From Azolla caroliniana (taxonomy: Eukaryota; Plantae; Polypodiophyta): a DNA stretch of 64,000 bases. A program made the translations under genes and the position numbers. Below the pieces are notes generated by a model. The model was not told the origin of the DNA, searched no databases, and saw only the letters and a program-made list of their open reading frames with translations. Positions 11,089 to 21,891 of this stretch are shown piece by piece (positions within the stretch are counted from its first letter, which is position 1; each line of letters begins with the position of its first letter). The stretch is from the NCBI GenBank assembly GCA_043228905.1, contig JBHGNT010000016.1, forward strand, positions 13,826,001-13,890,000, given 5' to 3'.

Positions 11089-11690
11089 CTTTATGAGGAG
11101 GAGAGGTGCATGGGCGCGCCTGAACGCTCCCTCGTGACAAGACGTCGAACGTACGAGGAAGACACAAAACTCACGCACAAAATGCTCGTATGCCTTTATG
11201 AGGAGGAGAGGTGCATGGGCAAGCCCGAACGGTCCCCTCGTCACAAGACGGTCAAACATACAAGGAAGACACAAACACACACACAAATGCTCGTACGTCT
11301 TTATGAGGAGGAGAGGTGCTTGGGCAAGCCCGAACAGTCCCCTCATCACAAGACGGCCGAACGTACAAGGAAGACACAAACACACGCACAAATGCTCGTA
11401 CGCCTTTATGAGGAGGAGAGGTGCATGGGCAAGCCCGAACGGTCCCCTCGTCACAAGACGGTCGAACGTACAAGGAGGACACAAACACACGCACAAAATG
11501 CTCATACGCCTTTATGAGGAGGAGAGGTGCATGGGCAAGCCCGAACGGTCCCCTCGTCACAAGACGGCCGAACGTACAAGGAAGACACAAACACACATAC
11601 AAATGCTCGTACGCCTTTATGAGGAGGAGAGGTGCATGGGCAAGCCCGAACGGTCCCCTCATCACAAGATGGCCGAACGTACAAGAAAGA
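11089..11690. repeat. 105-bp tandem array (about 6 units) inside the LTR
   Basis: CTTTATGAGGAGG recurs at 11089, 11194, 11299, 11404, 11510 and 11615. Confidence 0.95.
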
Positions 11691-12239
11691 CATGAATAAA
11701 GAAAGAAGGAGAGACAGAACACGAACAATATTGACCAAAGAGTTAAATACGTGTTTGATTCTAATGCAAGAGGACCCTTTATAAAATAGGGTTTTTTTTT
11801 TTACAGTGGCAACTTATAGTTAACCACAAACTTAATCAAAACATAAATATTAAATGCCCTTAGAGACAAGGCAAAACCGAACACGGCGAAGACGAACACA
11901 CGAGCACCATCAAAATGCCAATCCTAACGAACCACGACCACTCGAACGGCAAGCGCATGGGCTCACAACGACGAACGGGGCGGAGGAACGTCGAGCCAAC
12001 AAAGCTTGGGCTCACGAGCACGTGGCGATGGGGGGATGAAGGGGTATGAGATGAAGAAAAGTGGCGAATAAGGAGATGAAGAGCTTCGAAGGAAAATTGG
12101 CGATAGTCTCCTCCTCCCAAAACGTCCGCCTCAATGAGCCCCCCTCGACCTCCTTTTATAGGAAAAAAAGAAGGGGGGGGGTCGTCAAATTTGTCTTCAA
12201 TGAAAAAGGAATAAAATTTCTTAAATCATGTTGCATTGT

Positions 12240-12306
12240 AAGACTAGATTCGAACCATGCACCTCTAGCTAGTAGTCAATGTGACTATCCACTAACCCAC
12301 TAACTC
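12240..12306 (-). promoter_or_regulatory. tRNA-like A-box/B-box cassette in U3 (not a functional tRNA)
   Basis: TGGGTTAGTGG...GGTTCGAATC with tRNA spacing; stems degraded. Confidence 0.6.
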
Positions 12307-12606
12307 TTTCTCATATAATATATAATTCTATGTCTATAAATTTATAGTCTGTCTCCCCTCTACCGTTTATCTCACCTCTCTCTTACTTTTTGCACGAGCT
12401 TCTATACCTCCTTTTTACCCTTTCTTTTCCTTTTTATTTTGCATATGCACAATTAATCGCTTTTGTGTGCACACACATTGCACATGCACATTTTTGACCC
12501 CCTTTTCGCCGGTTTTTCCCACCCTCGAGCACGCCACATCACGACATCCACCCCCACCAAACCGCACATCCTCCGGTATGTGCCAAGAATGGCGGGCTGA
12601 GGGTGG

Positions 12607-15600
12607 TCAATAGTTCATTTCCTCCTCCTCATTGACCCCATGGCTTGTTGTTTGCTCACCTTTGTCTTCGTCAAGGTCATCGAGGTTTGACTCCTTGTCG
12701 TGTCTCTTTTTGAAGATTTTGACCCGCTTCCCAGCTATTGGTACTGCCAGCTTAGTCCCATCGAGTTCAGCGAGGTGGTAGGTAGCATTATCGTTTGCAC
12801 TCGTTACCATGTACGGCCCGAACCATCGCTTTGCGAATTTCCGCATCGACCTATGTTGATTGTCGAGACTACTATCATATACAATCACCCAGTCTCCTTC
12901 TTCGATCTTCCGAGGGCGTAGTCGGTGTGTCTTGTCGAATCGGGCTTTGTTACTTAGCCTAGCCGCTTCTAACCTCTCCTTTGCTAACTCCAAGTCTTCG
13001 GGTCTTCTCTCAAGTTGCCTTATCCTTGTGGCTAGAAGCTCTTCTCGACTCATCTCGTTTTCCCACGGCATCACTACCCATGAAGCGATCGTGTCTTCAA
13101 TGGGCATCACCGGCTTTTGTCCATACATGAGTTCAGCTGGCATGAAACCTGTAACTGAGCTATGAGTTGTTCTGTAGGCCCAGAAGGCATAAGGTAGTAA
13201 CCGAGGCCAATTCCCGACTCGCCCATCACAAGCTCGTACAATGGCTTTTACGATAGGCCTGTGTCCGCGTTCTATCTTTCCATTAGCCTCCGGGTTATAA
13301 GCGGTTGTGAGAGAGAGCTTCACTCCAAGTTGGTCAAAGAGCTCTGTAGCTTCGTGAGCGTTCAGCTCTCCTCTATCGGCCACTATCTTTCCCACACATC
13401 CGTACCGACAAATGACATCCTCGAGTAAGAATTTACACACCCCCGCCGTCGTTTTGTTTGCTAAGGCCCACCCTTCTACTTGGTTTGTTAGGTCTTCTCT
13501 TGCTAGCACCAAATATTTCATTTGGCCCACTCCCATTGGCATCGAAACCAAATCCACCATCCATTTGAAGTGTATGGTGAGTGGGTAGGTCGGGTGCAAC
13601 TCGTCTCTATGGCGTATGTTGGAGTGTATCTGACAAGTTTCACACGTCCCCACGAAATGGGCGACATCCTTGTACATTCCCGGCCACCAATACTTCTCCT
13701 TTAACTTCTCGAATGTTGCCCACGTTCCTCTATGGCCCGCCCAAGGACTCTCGTGGAATTCAGACACCAATGTTGTCTGGTCCTCTTCCTTTATGACCAC
13801 TCGTTGTGGCGTCCCCGTCCTTCTCTTCGGGTGCCTCCAAAGGAATCCCCCTCGTAGGAAGTACTTGTACGCTTTCTTTCGGACTCTTTGAGCTTCCTGC
13901 TTCGACCATGAACTATCCATTGTCATTGAGCTTAAGAACTTGCCAATGTGTAGCCACTCCCCTTCGTATTCACTTTCGTTGAAGGCGTGGAGTACTCGCA
14001 CATCTTGATCATCTATAGACACTTGGGTTGTCTTAAAGAAGTCAAGAGCGACATCCTCATCTTCAGACACCATGTCTCTTTCGCCTTCGAACCTTGCCCT
14101 CGATAGCATATCTGCCATGACATTGTTCTTCCCTGAAATGTGGTGAATCTCCGGGTTCATTGATTTGATGTAAGCGATCCATCTTAGCATAGCTAGGTCA
14201 GGTGTTGCACACCCCGAAACCATCCCTAGGATTGGAAGGCAATCCGACTCTATTACCACCTCTGACCCGATTAGGTAATCTTTATCCGCCTTCACTGCGG
14301 ACACAATACCCCAAAGCTCACGTTTTACTTGGGCGTATCCTCGTTGTCGCTCGCTTAAGACCTTGGCTCCGAACTGGATGGCATAGCGTGTACCATCCTC
14401 TCCTTCTTGGTTGATGACCCATCCAATCCCTGTTGGACTCGTATCTACCATCACGTAGATGGGCACCCCTTCCTTGTATACGGCTTTTCGTAAAGCTGGT
14501 GCCACTACCAACATTCCTTTGAGCCTCTTCATTGCCTCTGTGTGGTCTTCCTCCCACTTGAACTTCCGCCCCTTCTTAAGTAGCCCATACAAGGGCTCGG
14601 CTAGGTGAGCATAGTGCGGGATCCAGATGTGGTAGAATGCAGAAGCACCAAGAAATCGCCTCACCTCTGTTTGCGATTTACATTCTTCCCTCATGTCTGT
14701 GATGGCGTCCACCTTTGCCGGGGACGGCTTCCGTCCGTACGCCCCGCACAAGTGTCCCACCACAAGGATCTCTGGTTGGCCGAATGCCGATTTCTCACCC
14801 GAGAAGGTCAAGCGTGCATCTTCGAGTCTTTGTAGAACCTTCTCGCAATCGGAGATGTGATATGCCACAAAATGTCTGCACCCATACTCGTCCAAGGTTT
14901 CATCTTTCTCCGCTTCAGAGCACCCTTTTATGGGGACGTCATCGAGGAACGACATGGTGATGTCAGGGATGCAATCTCTCAGTACCTTGTTCATTGCATT
15001 TACCATGTGGGCTACAGAGTTAGTGCCTCCTTGTGGCAAGGTACACATTCGTACTAGGCCGATAGGAGTCCGCATCGTCGTGATGTCCCTGCTCTCCACA
15101 GCTAGTTGGAATTGATCATACCCCGAGTATAGATCACCGATCGAATAAATAGACCTTCCAGCGAAGGCCTCGGCGAATTCGTCAACGCTCGGTCCGACCC
15201 CGGCATTTCGAATTGTCACTTGATTAACAGGTTGTAGGTCCTGGATGAAGCGTAATGTGTCGTTCTTCTTTGGCACAGTGAACCACCGATTCAAGTATGG
15301 GGAGCTTGATGGCTCGAGGATACCCATCTCGATCTTTGCCTTGAGTAGCTCAATCAACTTCGGGATGTGAGCTCTCGAAACGGGGATTGGCTTGATGTTC
15401 CACGGTACATGCGGCACCGTAAAGATCACCATTGGCTCCACGATCTTAGGGTTTACACACCCTATCTCACTCGACGAGAAGGCGAAAGCCCTTCCGTGGC
15501 TTTCGATCATCCTTCTAAATCTTACCTCCTCCCTAGGCAATAGGAAGCCACCCCCACCAATCCGGAGCTTTTGTCGCGTCTCGTCGGTGAACCGATGCCC

Positions 15601-16107
15601 TATGCCTCGTGGGTCCCGCAAGCTAGGATCAGCCGCTACCCCCTTTATCCGATCCCAACTATCGTTAGGCAATGGGGCAGCCACAAGCTTCACCTTCTTG
15701 TCCACGGTCTTGTACTTTGTTTGCACCTTGACCGTCCTCGCTTCCTCAATCGACCGCCCAAGCTCTTCGATGGCGGTGTACATGTCAACTGAGTTGACTG
15801 GAATTACCTTGTCTTCATTGAGGCCCGAAACGACTACCCTCTCCATCTCTCTGAGAGTGTCGTCGAACGAGACCGCCTCCATGGCGCCGCTTATGGTGTC
15901 ATCTTCCCCCAATAAATTACATTGTTTGAGATACCTTTCATATCTCTTGGCCCTAGACTTATCTCTATCACTTAAACTAGTAATTTTACAAGCTCCATTT
16001 TCGGAGAACCAAAATTGTTTCCTATTACATTTAATAGTTTTACAAGGGTTTAGGGTCTTAGTTTGCCTCGGGCTATTGCGGCCCCACTCTTTAATATCCT
16101 GAATCAA
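12607..16107 (-). CDS. pol: Pol (RT, RNase H, integrase); no true start codon, probably reached by -1 frameshift
   Basis: 1166-codon open frame: DLYSGYDQF, FLDD, VDTSPTGIG, HHCC zinc finger (HESPWAGH..CETC), D-D-E core, GPY module. Confidence 0.95.
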   Translation of the reverse strand: MIQDIKEWGRNSPRQTKTLNPCKTIKCNRKQFWFSENGACKITSLSDRDKSRAKRYERYLKQCNLLGEDDTISGAMEAVSFDDTLREMERVVVSGLNEDKVIPVNSVDMYTAIEELGRSIEEARTVKVQTKYKTVDKKVKLVAAPLPNDSWDRIKGVAADPSLRDPRGIGHRFTDETRQKLRIGGGGFLLPREEVRFRRMIESHGRAFAFSSSEIGCVNPKIVEPMVIFTVPHVPWNIKPIPVSRAHIPKLIELLKAKIEMGILEPSSSPYLNRWFTVPKKNDTLRFIQDLQPVNQVTIRNAGVGPSVDEFAEAFAGRSIYSIGDLYSGYDQFQLAVESRDITTMRTPIGLVRMCTLPQGGTNSVAHMVNAMNKVLRDCIPDITMSFLDDVPIKGCSEAEKDETLDEYGCRHFVAYHISDCEKVLQRLEDARLTFSGEKSAFGQPEILVVGHLCGAYGRKPSPAKVDAITDMREECKSQTEVRRFLGASAFYHIWIPHYAHLAEPLYGLLKKGRKFKWEEDHTEAMKRLKGMLVVAPALRKAVYKEGVPIYVMVDTSPTGIGWVINQEGEDGTRYAIQFGAKVLSERQRGYAQVKRELWGIVSAVKADKDYLIGSEVVIESDCLPILGMVSGCATPDLAMLRWIAYIKSMNPEIHHISGKNNVMADMLSRARFEGERDMVSEDEDVALDFFKTTQVSIDDQDVRVLHAFNESEYEGEWLHIGKFLSSMTMDSSWSKQEAQRVRKKAYKYFLRGGFLWRHPKRRTGTPQRVVIKEEDQTTLVSEFHESPWAGHRGTWATFEKLKEKYWWPGMYKDVAHFVGTCETCQIHSNIRHRDELHPTYPLTIHFKWMVDLVSMPMGVGQMKYLVLAREDLTNQVEGWALANKTTAGVCKFLLEDVICRYGCVGKIVADRGELNAHEATELFDQLGVKLSLTTAYNPEANGKIERGHRPIVKAIVRACDGRVGNWPRLLPYAFWAYRTTHSSVTGFMPAELMYGQKPVMPIEDTIASWVVMPWENEMSREELLATRIRQLERRPEDLELAKERLEAARLSNKARFDKTHRLRPRKIEEGDWVIVYDSSLDNQHRSMRKFAKRWFGPYMVTSANDNATYHLAELDGTKLAVPIAGKRVKIFKKRHDKESNLDDLDEDKGEQTTSHGVNEEEEMNY

Positions 16108-18254
16108 AAATCCTCTCGGCTATCCCCTTTGAGGGAGGCTCGATTGCGCTCATGGTTGGGCCTCACTGTAAGGAATTGGACCGAATGCTTCCCATCTTGG
16201 CTCTTGACCCTCGCATATGCCGACCCGTTGTCTAGCACCTTCGTCTCCATACGAGCCGCCGCGATGTATGGTTCACCCAAGATGACCGGGTGTGAGGACA
16301 TCTCTTGAACAAAGAAATTTTGATCTATTTCTACGTCCCCCACCTTCACACGTACATTCGGGCAAGCCCCGTATAGCTCCTCGGTTGCTCGGGTCGCCGC
16401 TCTAATCTTCCACCCATGCTTCATGTTGATCGGCCACTTTCCATTTTTATAAAAGTCCATGGACATAAGGTTGATCTCAGAGTCATGGTCGATCAATGCT
16501 ACCACCGGCTCTTTTACATCTCCGACCCGTACCGGTGTCTCCGTTGTCGCTCTCGCCCAATGCGGCCTCGTGTAGTGACTGTTCGCATAGTCTTCGTCTT
16601 CCTCGGGGACCTTAGTTGACAATGCATTTACAATCGCGGGTTTTTCCACTTCTTGCTCCATTGAGAGCCGCTTCCTCTTCATTAGGTCGATGATGACCTC
16701 ATGGAATTCTTTCTTGGCAATTCCGAGGACCTCTCGCAAAGTAAACTCTACGCGACTATCGAGGATCCTCTCCTCCACTACCTTCTTCAAGTCCGTTGCT
16801 TGTTCGATCTCCGAGCAAAGCTTGAAGTTGGGGGGGTTCCCCTTCTCTTTCCATCTTTCGTCGTGTGCTTGAGACTGGTTCGGCTCTTCCCTTCTTTGTG
16901 CACCTCGAGCGTCGTATTTCCTTGATGGACCGGCTCCCTTGTCATTTCCTACCTTCTTCTCTTCTACCATTACTTCGTAGTTTTGGCAAGCGGCTTCCAC
17001 TAAGCCTGTCTTTTCTTCCACCGGATCCTTCCACCCGGTTGCTTCTTGGACCCTTCTTTCCGCCTCGTCTGCTTCTTCTCTTTTGAACTTCCCCTTAGAA
17101 AGGCTTCCAGGGATTGATGGCCAAAAGTCAAACTCTTTCTCCTCTTGCCTCCTCCCCTCTTTCCCCACTCGGATCCCAGCCAACGCCGAGTAGTGGACGA
17201 CTTCAACATGTCGTGCTTCGGCCTCCTCCATTAGCCTTCTCATGCCCCCTCGGCCTTGAATCAATCCCAACGGGCACCTTGTCTCCGTCGAAGAGACCCT
17301 ATTGTTCCAAAGATAGACAATATCCTTTCTTAGGGCCTCTTGAAAGTCTCCACACTCCCTTCGTAGGTGGTCGGGGTTGTCGCACCACATACATCTTTGC
17401 GTGAACGGGGGACGTCGATCTTGAGGGCCGCCACTCTCTCTCCTAGCTTGCGCTATTTGGAGATCTCGCACCATCTTTGTGAGCTCGTCTATTGCCGACC
17501 CTCCCGACGGTGCTTCAACCACGTTTCTCTTGGGGATGAGCCTTGCATTTGCTTGCTCTCTTTCTTGAGGTATTCTACCAGCCCTGGGTTCGTGTGTCTC
17601 ACTAATGGAACCTGTGGATGTTTGGCCGCTCAATGGAGACCCGTCATTCCATTCCCTTCTCTTATCAAAGCGGCTACAAACCCGTTTTACCATAGCCCAA
17701 TCCGTCGTGAGCCCATCATCAGTTTCGAGGAGGGACCCCACCTTCTCTCGGTCTCGTGCATCAACAGTCTTTATGAATAGTAGGACCTTGCTTGTGTCAA
17801 GCACCATCCTATCGAGCGTCGAGAGTCGCGCGAAGCGCTTCTCAAATTCTTGTAAAAGTACCATAGTATTTCTCCCCTGGCTGGGAAGCTCAACCCACTC
17901 CATTAGATCCCTTTTCGAAATTCTGAGTGAGTCATCAAGGCCGTACTTCTCGAGGAGTCTTTCTTCGAACTCCACCCAATTGCAACAGTTCGCTTGGATC
18001 TCGAGTACCTCCGCGTGGATACTCGGCGTTACCACTCTAGCGAATCCGGTTAGCCGCCTATCTTCGGGGACGTTTCGCATAAGCATTTCGCCCTTATAGG
18101 CATCCAAGTAGCTCGTGATATCTCTTCCATTGAACCGCCCCGTTGTGCTAACCATCGTCTCTATGGCCCGGTCTAGACCGGTGATGCCTTCTCGGGCATT
18201 TACCAAGCGGTCCACCGCCGCCGCCATCGCTTCAGCGAGTTCTCCTCCTCGCAT
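16104..18254 (-). CDS. gag: Gag-protease polyprotein
   Basis: ATG at 18254 just after the PBS; zinc knuckle CMWCDNPDHLRREC; aspartic protease VALIDHDSE...VILGEPY. Confidence 0.9.
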   Translation of the reverse strand: MRGGELAEAMAAAVDRLVNAREGITGLDRAIETMVSTTGRFNGRDITSYLDAYKGEMLMRNVPEDRRLTGFARVVTPSIHAEVLEIQANCCNWVEFEERLLEKYGLDDSLRISKRDLMEWVELPSQGRNTMVLLQEFEKRFARLSTLDRMVLDTSKVLLFIKTVDARDREKVGSLLETDDGLTTDWAMVKRVCSRFDKRREWNDGSPLSGQTSTGSISETHEPRAGRIPQEREQANARLIPKRNVVEAPSGGSAIDELTKMVRDLQIAQARRESGGPQDRRPPFTQRCMWCDNPDHLRRECGDFQEALRKDIVYLWNNRVSSTETRCPLGLIQGRGGMRRLMEEAEARHVEVVHYSALAGIRVGKEGRRQEEKEFDFWPSIPGSLSKGKFKREEADEAERRVQEATGWKDPVEEKTGLVEAACQNYEVMVEEKKVGNDKGAGPSRKYDARGAQRREEPNQSQAHDERWKEKGNPPNFKLCSEIEQATDLKKVVEERILDSRVEFTLREVLGIAKKEFHEVIIDLMKRKRLSMEQEVEKPAIVNALSTKVPEEDEDYANSHYTRPHWARATTETPVRVGDVKEPVVALIDHDSEINLMSMDFYKNGKWPINMKHGWKIRAATRATEELYGACPNVRVKVGDVEIDQNFFVQEMSSHPVILGEPYIAAARMETKVLDNGSAYARVKSQDGKHSVQFLTVRPNHERNRASLKGDSREDF

Positions 18255-18277
18255 CTTGGTTCTCCCTTGCCGCCCTT

Positions 18278-18294
18278 TCACGTCGGCTTCACCA
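18278..18294 (-). other. Primer binding site, tRNA-Trp
   Basis: TGGTGAAGCCGACGTGA, complementary with 1 mismatch to the recalled plant tRNA-Trp 3' end TCACGTCGGGTTCACCA. Confidence 0.8.
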
Positions 18295-18299
18295 ATTTA

Positions 18300-20060
18300 T
18301 GTCGCGATGTTTCGCGCGCGCGTGTTACTTGGGCGGGACCACGGGGGTCTCGGACTAGGGAGTACTCAAAGGATAGAGAAGACCCGAGGTTTGCTTTATG
18401 ACAATACTACTTCCCCACCCCTTTCCGAGCAAGGTCTTGTTGCCCTTTTGTTTTGTGAGGCCGGTGGCTCTCGTTGATCACGACTCGTCGACCTTCCGAG
18501 ATCACCGTACGAGCCAAGTGACCAAACGAGTACAAGCAAGATGAGCACGCAACATGAACGCACAAGGGGACGATAACGCAAACACGAATGTCCATACGGC
18601 TTTATGAGGAGGAGAGGTGCATGGGCGCGCCTGAACGCTCCCTCGTGATAAGACGTCGAACGTACGAGAAAGACACAAAACTCACGCACAAAATGCTCGT
18701 ATGCCTTTATGAGGAGGAGAGGTGCATGGGCAAGCCCGAACGGTTCCCTCGTCACAAGACGGTCGAACGTACAAGGAAGACACAAACACACACACAAATG
18801 CTCGTACGTCTTTATGAGGGGGAGAGGTGCTTGGGCAAGCCCGAACGGTCCCCTCGTCACAAGACGGCCGAACGTACAAGGAAGACACAAACACACGCAC
18901 AAATGCTCGTACGCCTTTATGAGGAGGAGAGGTGCATGGGCAAGCCCGAACGGTTCCCTCGTCACAAGACGGCCGAACGTACAAGGAGGACACAAACACA
19001 CGCACAAAATGCTCATACGCCTTTATGAGGAGGAGAGGTGCATGGGCAAGCCCGAACGGTCCCCTCGTCACAAGACAGCCGAACGTACAAGGAAGACACA
19101 AACACACATAAAAATGCTCGTACGCCTTTATGAGGAGGAGAGGTGCATGGGCAAGCCCGAACGGTCCCCTCGTCACAAGACGACCGAACGTACAAGAAAG
19201 ACACGAATAAAGAAAGAAGGAGAGAAAGATCACGAACAATATTGACCAAAGAGTTAAATACGTGTTTGATTCTTAGAATGCAAGAGGACCCTTTATAAAA
19301 TAAGGTTTTTTTTTTTTACAATGGCAACTTATAGTTAACCACAAGCTCAATCAAAACATAAACATTAAATGCCCTTAGAGACAAGGCAAAACCGAACACG
19401 ATGAAGACGAACACACGAGCACCACCAAAATGCGAATCCTAATGAACCACGACCACCCAAACGGCAAGCACACGGGCTCGCAACGACGAACGGGGCGGAG
19501 GAACGTCGAGCCAACAAAGCTTGGGCTCACGAGCACGTGGCGATGGGGGGATGAAGGGGTATGAGATGAAGAAAAGTGGTGAATAAGGAGATGAAGAGCT
19601 TCGAAGGAAAATTGGCGATAGTCTCCTCCTCCCAAAACGTCCGCCTCAATGAGCCCCCCTCGACCTCCTTTTATAGGAAAAAAAGAAAGGGGGGGTTGTC
19701 AAATTTGTCTTCAATGAAAAAGGAATAAAATTCCTTAAATCATGTTGCACTATAAGACTAGATTTGAACCGTGCACCTCTAGCTAGTAGTCAATGTGACT
19801 ATCCACTAACCCACTAACTCTTTCTTATATAATATATAATTCTATGTCTATAAATTTATGGCCTGTCTCCCCTCTACCCTTTATCTCACCTCTCTCTTAC
19901 TTTTTGCACGAGCTTCTATACCTCCCTTTTACCCTTTCTTTTCCTTTTTATTTTGCATATACACAATTAATCGCTTTTGTGTGCACACACATTGCACATG
20001 CACATTTTTGACCCCCTTTTCGCCGGTTTTTCCCACCCTCGAGCACGCCACATCACGACA
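18300..20060 (-). repeat. 5' LTR, 1761 bp (105-bp array about 18600-19200; tRNA-like cassette about 19755-19820)
   Basis: Direct repeat of 10789-12546. Confidence 0.95.
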
Positions 20061-21424
20061 CCGTTTTGACATACCCACGGAAATCTACGACATATTTGGT
20101 GAACCCGATGCCAAAAGCAGCGGAAAGGAGTTCAAAATGAGAGGAAGCGAACTTGCAGAGGTGATGGCGGTGGCCATCGACTTTATAGTGAATGCATGGG
20201 AGAGCGCAAGTGTCCTTGACATTACCATTCAAACGATAGTCGGCATGATAGGACGATTTAATGGGAAGGACGTGATAAACTACCTCGAGGCCTATTGTGC
20301 CGAAATGATAATGAGGGACATACCGGAGGATAGACGACTTTCCGGATTCCTTCGGGTAGTGACCCCAAGCATCCACACAGAGGTGCTTCAGATATAAGCT
20401 GATTGCTAGAACTAGTCAGAGCTCGAGGATCGACTCCTCGAGAGGTACGACTTTCAATCACTCGCTCTAGTTGTCGAAGAGGTAATTTATGGAGTGGGTC
20501 GAGCTCCCAGGCAAATATCGGAATACATCAGTGCTTCTCCATGAGTTTGGGAAGTGTTTCACATATCTTTCAACAGTGGACCGAACGATCCTCAACACGA
20601 GTAGGATCCTATTGTTTATCAAGCCGGTTGATCCACTTGATCGGGAGAAGGTGGGTCTCCTGTTGGAGACGAATGAGGGACTCACAACCGATTGGGCCGT
20701 AGTCAATAGAGTTTGCAGCCATTTCGACAAACGACGGGAATGGAATGACACAGGGTCGTCAATAGTTGGCCCGATTGCAAGAAAGAGGATGGAGGTGAGT
20801 CTGACTCGGTTGGAGGAAACAAGAAGGTGGCTTGAGTCGGGGCTGGTCTTGATCAATGTGGTTGAACGACCATTCGGGGGCGCAAGTTTGGAGCTGCTGA
20901 CGAAGATGATGTGTGATCTCCAAATCGCGCAAGCCTAGACAGATGGTGGGGGCCAAGCACGAGACCAGAGGCCTCCGAATGACCAAAGGTGCATGTGGTG
21001 TGATGTCGTCGTCGTCATCCACATCCGAAGAGAGTGCACCGATTTTGCCAAAGCCCTCAAGAACAATGTCGTGTACATTTGGAATGCACGGGTACATGGA
21101 AGCAACACACGAACACCCCTCGAGATGAACACTGGACGAGGGGGAATGAAGCGGATAATGGAGGACGTTGTGGCGTGGCATGTCAAGGCCATCCACTACT
21201 TAGCCTCGGTCAAGATCGGGGTAGGCAGAGAGAAGAACATCAGTTAACAGAGTGATGCTAAGGAGGGTTTATCCAGAGTGAGGCTAAGGAAGGAAGAGGA
21301 GGACCGCGTGGAGAGGCGGGTCCAAGAGGTCACAGCTGGAACGATTCGGTCAAGGAGAAAATCGGCTTCGTAGAGGCCGCATGCCAGAACTACAACATTT
21401 TGATGGCAGATAAGTGGCCGTAGG

Positions 21425-21891
21425 TGTCAAGACTGAGAGAGAGAAAGAGAGAAAAAGAGATAGAGAGATAATTGAAGAGAATTATTGTATTGAAGCTTAA
21501 AATGGATTACAAAGAGTAGGCTACAAAATGGCGTTGAACCAATTTAGGTTTGGGATGAGTGGTAGATCCCTATTTATAAGTAATAGAGAACCCTCTACAA
21601 TATTCTAGGTTATCCTAGAATGTAGAGTAATCTAGAATATCTCTAGAGTATTCTAGAAGGTTTTAGTGGTATAGAACACTCTAGAATATTCTAGGTCATT
21701 CTAGAATGTAGAGTAATATAGAATATTCCTACGATATTAGATTTCATATTCTCGGGACTATACATATAAGAATATTAATACAATGGCTAAGGATTTGACA
21801 TGTGTACAACAAGGTCGTGGGTTCAAATCCTTTCAGTCATAATGTGAGTGTCATGATCCTTTCGATGCATGATGTGAGTGTTATCATGACA
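21425..21891 (-). repeat. 3' LTR of chromovirus
   Basis: TGTCAAGAC...CATGACA; PPT-like CGAAGAAGGGGCATAG adjacent on the minus strand. Confidence 0.88.

Larger units (their letters stand above)
10789..12546 (-). repeat. 3' LTR, 1758 bp
   Basis: Direct repeat of 18300-20060 with scattered transitions; TG...CA. Confidence 0.95.
10789..20060 (-). mobile_element. Full-length tRNA-Trp-primed non-chromovirus Ty3/Gypsy element, 9272 bp
   Basis: LTRs 10789-12546 and 18300-20060; 4-bp TSD CCGT (10785-10788 and 20061-20064); PBS, PPT, and open gag-PR and pol frames. Confidence 0.96.
10140..21424 (+). mobile_element. Truncated Trp-family Gypsy: 5' LTR (about 10140-20092, interrupted by the 10789-20060 element), PBS and degenerate gag
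   Basis: LTR ends ...CTACGACA at 20092; PBS TGGTGAACCCGA at 20097; gag pieces MRGSELAEVMA.. and MEWVELPGK.. homologous to ORF 16104-18281; left boundary approximate. Confidence 0.8.

Noticed and set aside
11089-11690. CRISPR array or hammerhead/retrozyme in the LTR repeats
   Set aside because: No unique spacers and no cas genes; no CTGATGA...GAAA core with proper stems seen on either strand
10885-11738. Overlapping repeat-protein ORFs on both strands (also 18396-19249)
   Set aside because: Produced by a stop-poor 105-bp (35-codon) tandem unit inside the LTR; the frame shifts at the 106-bp unit
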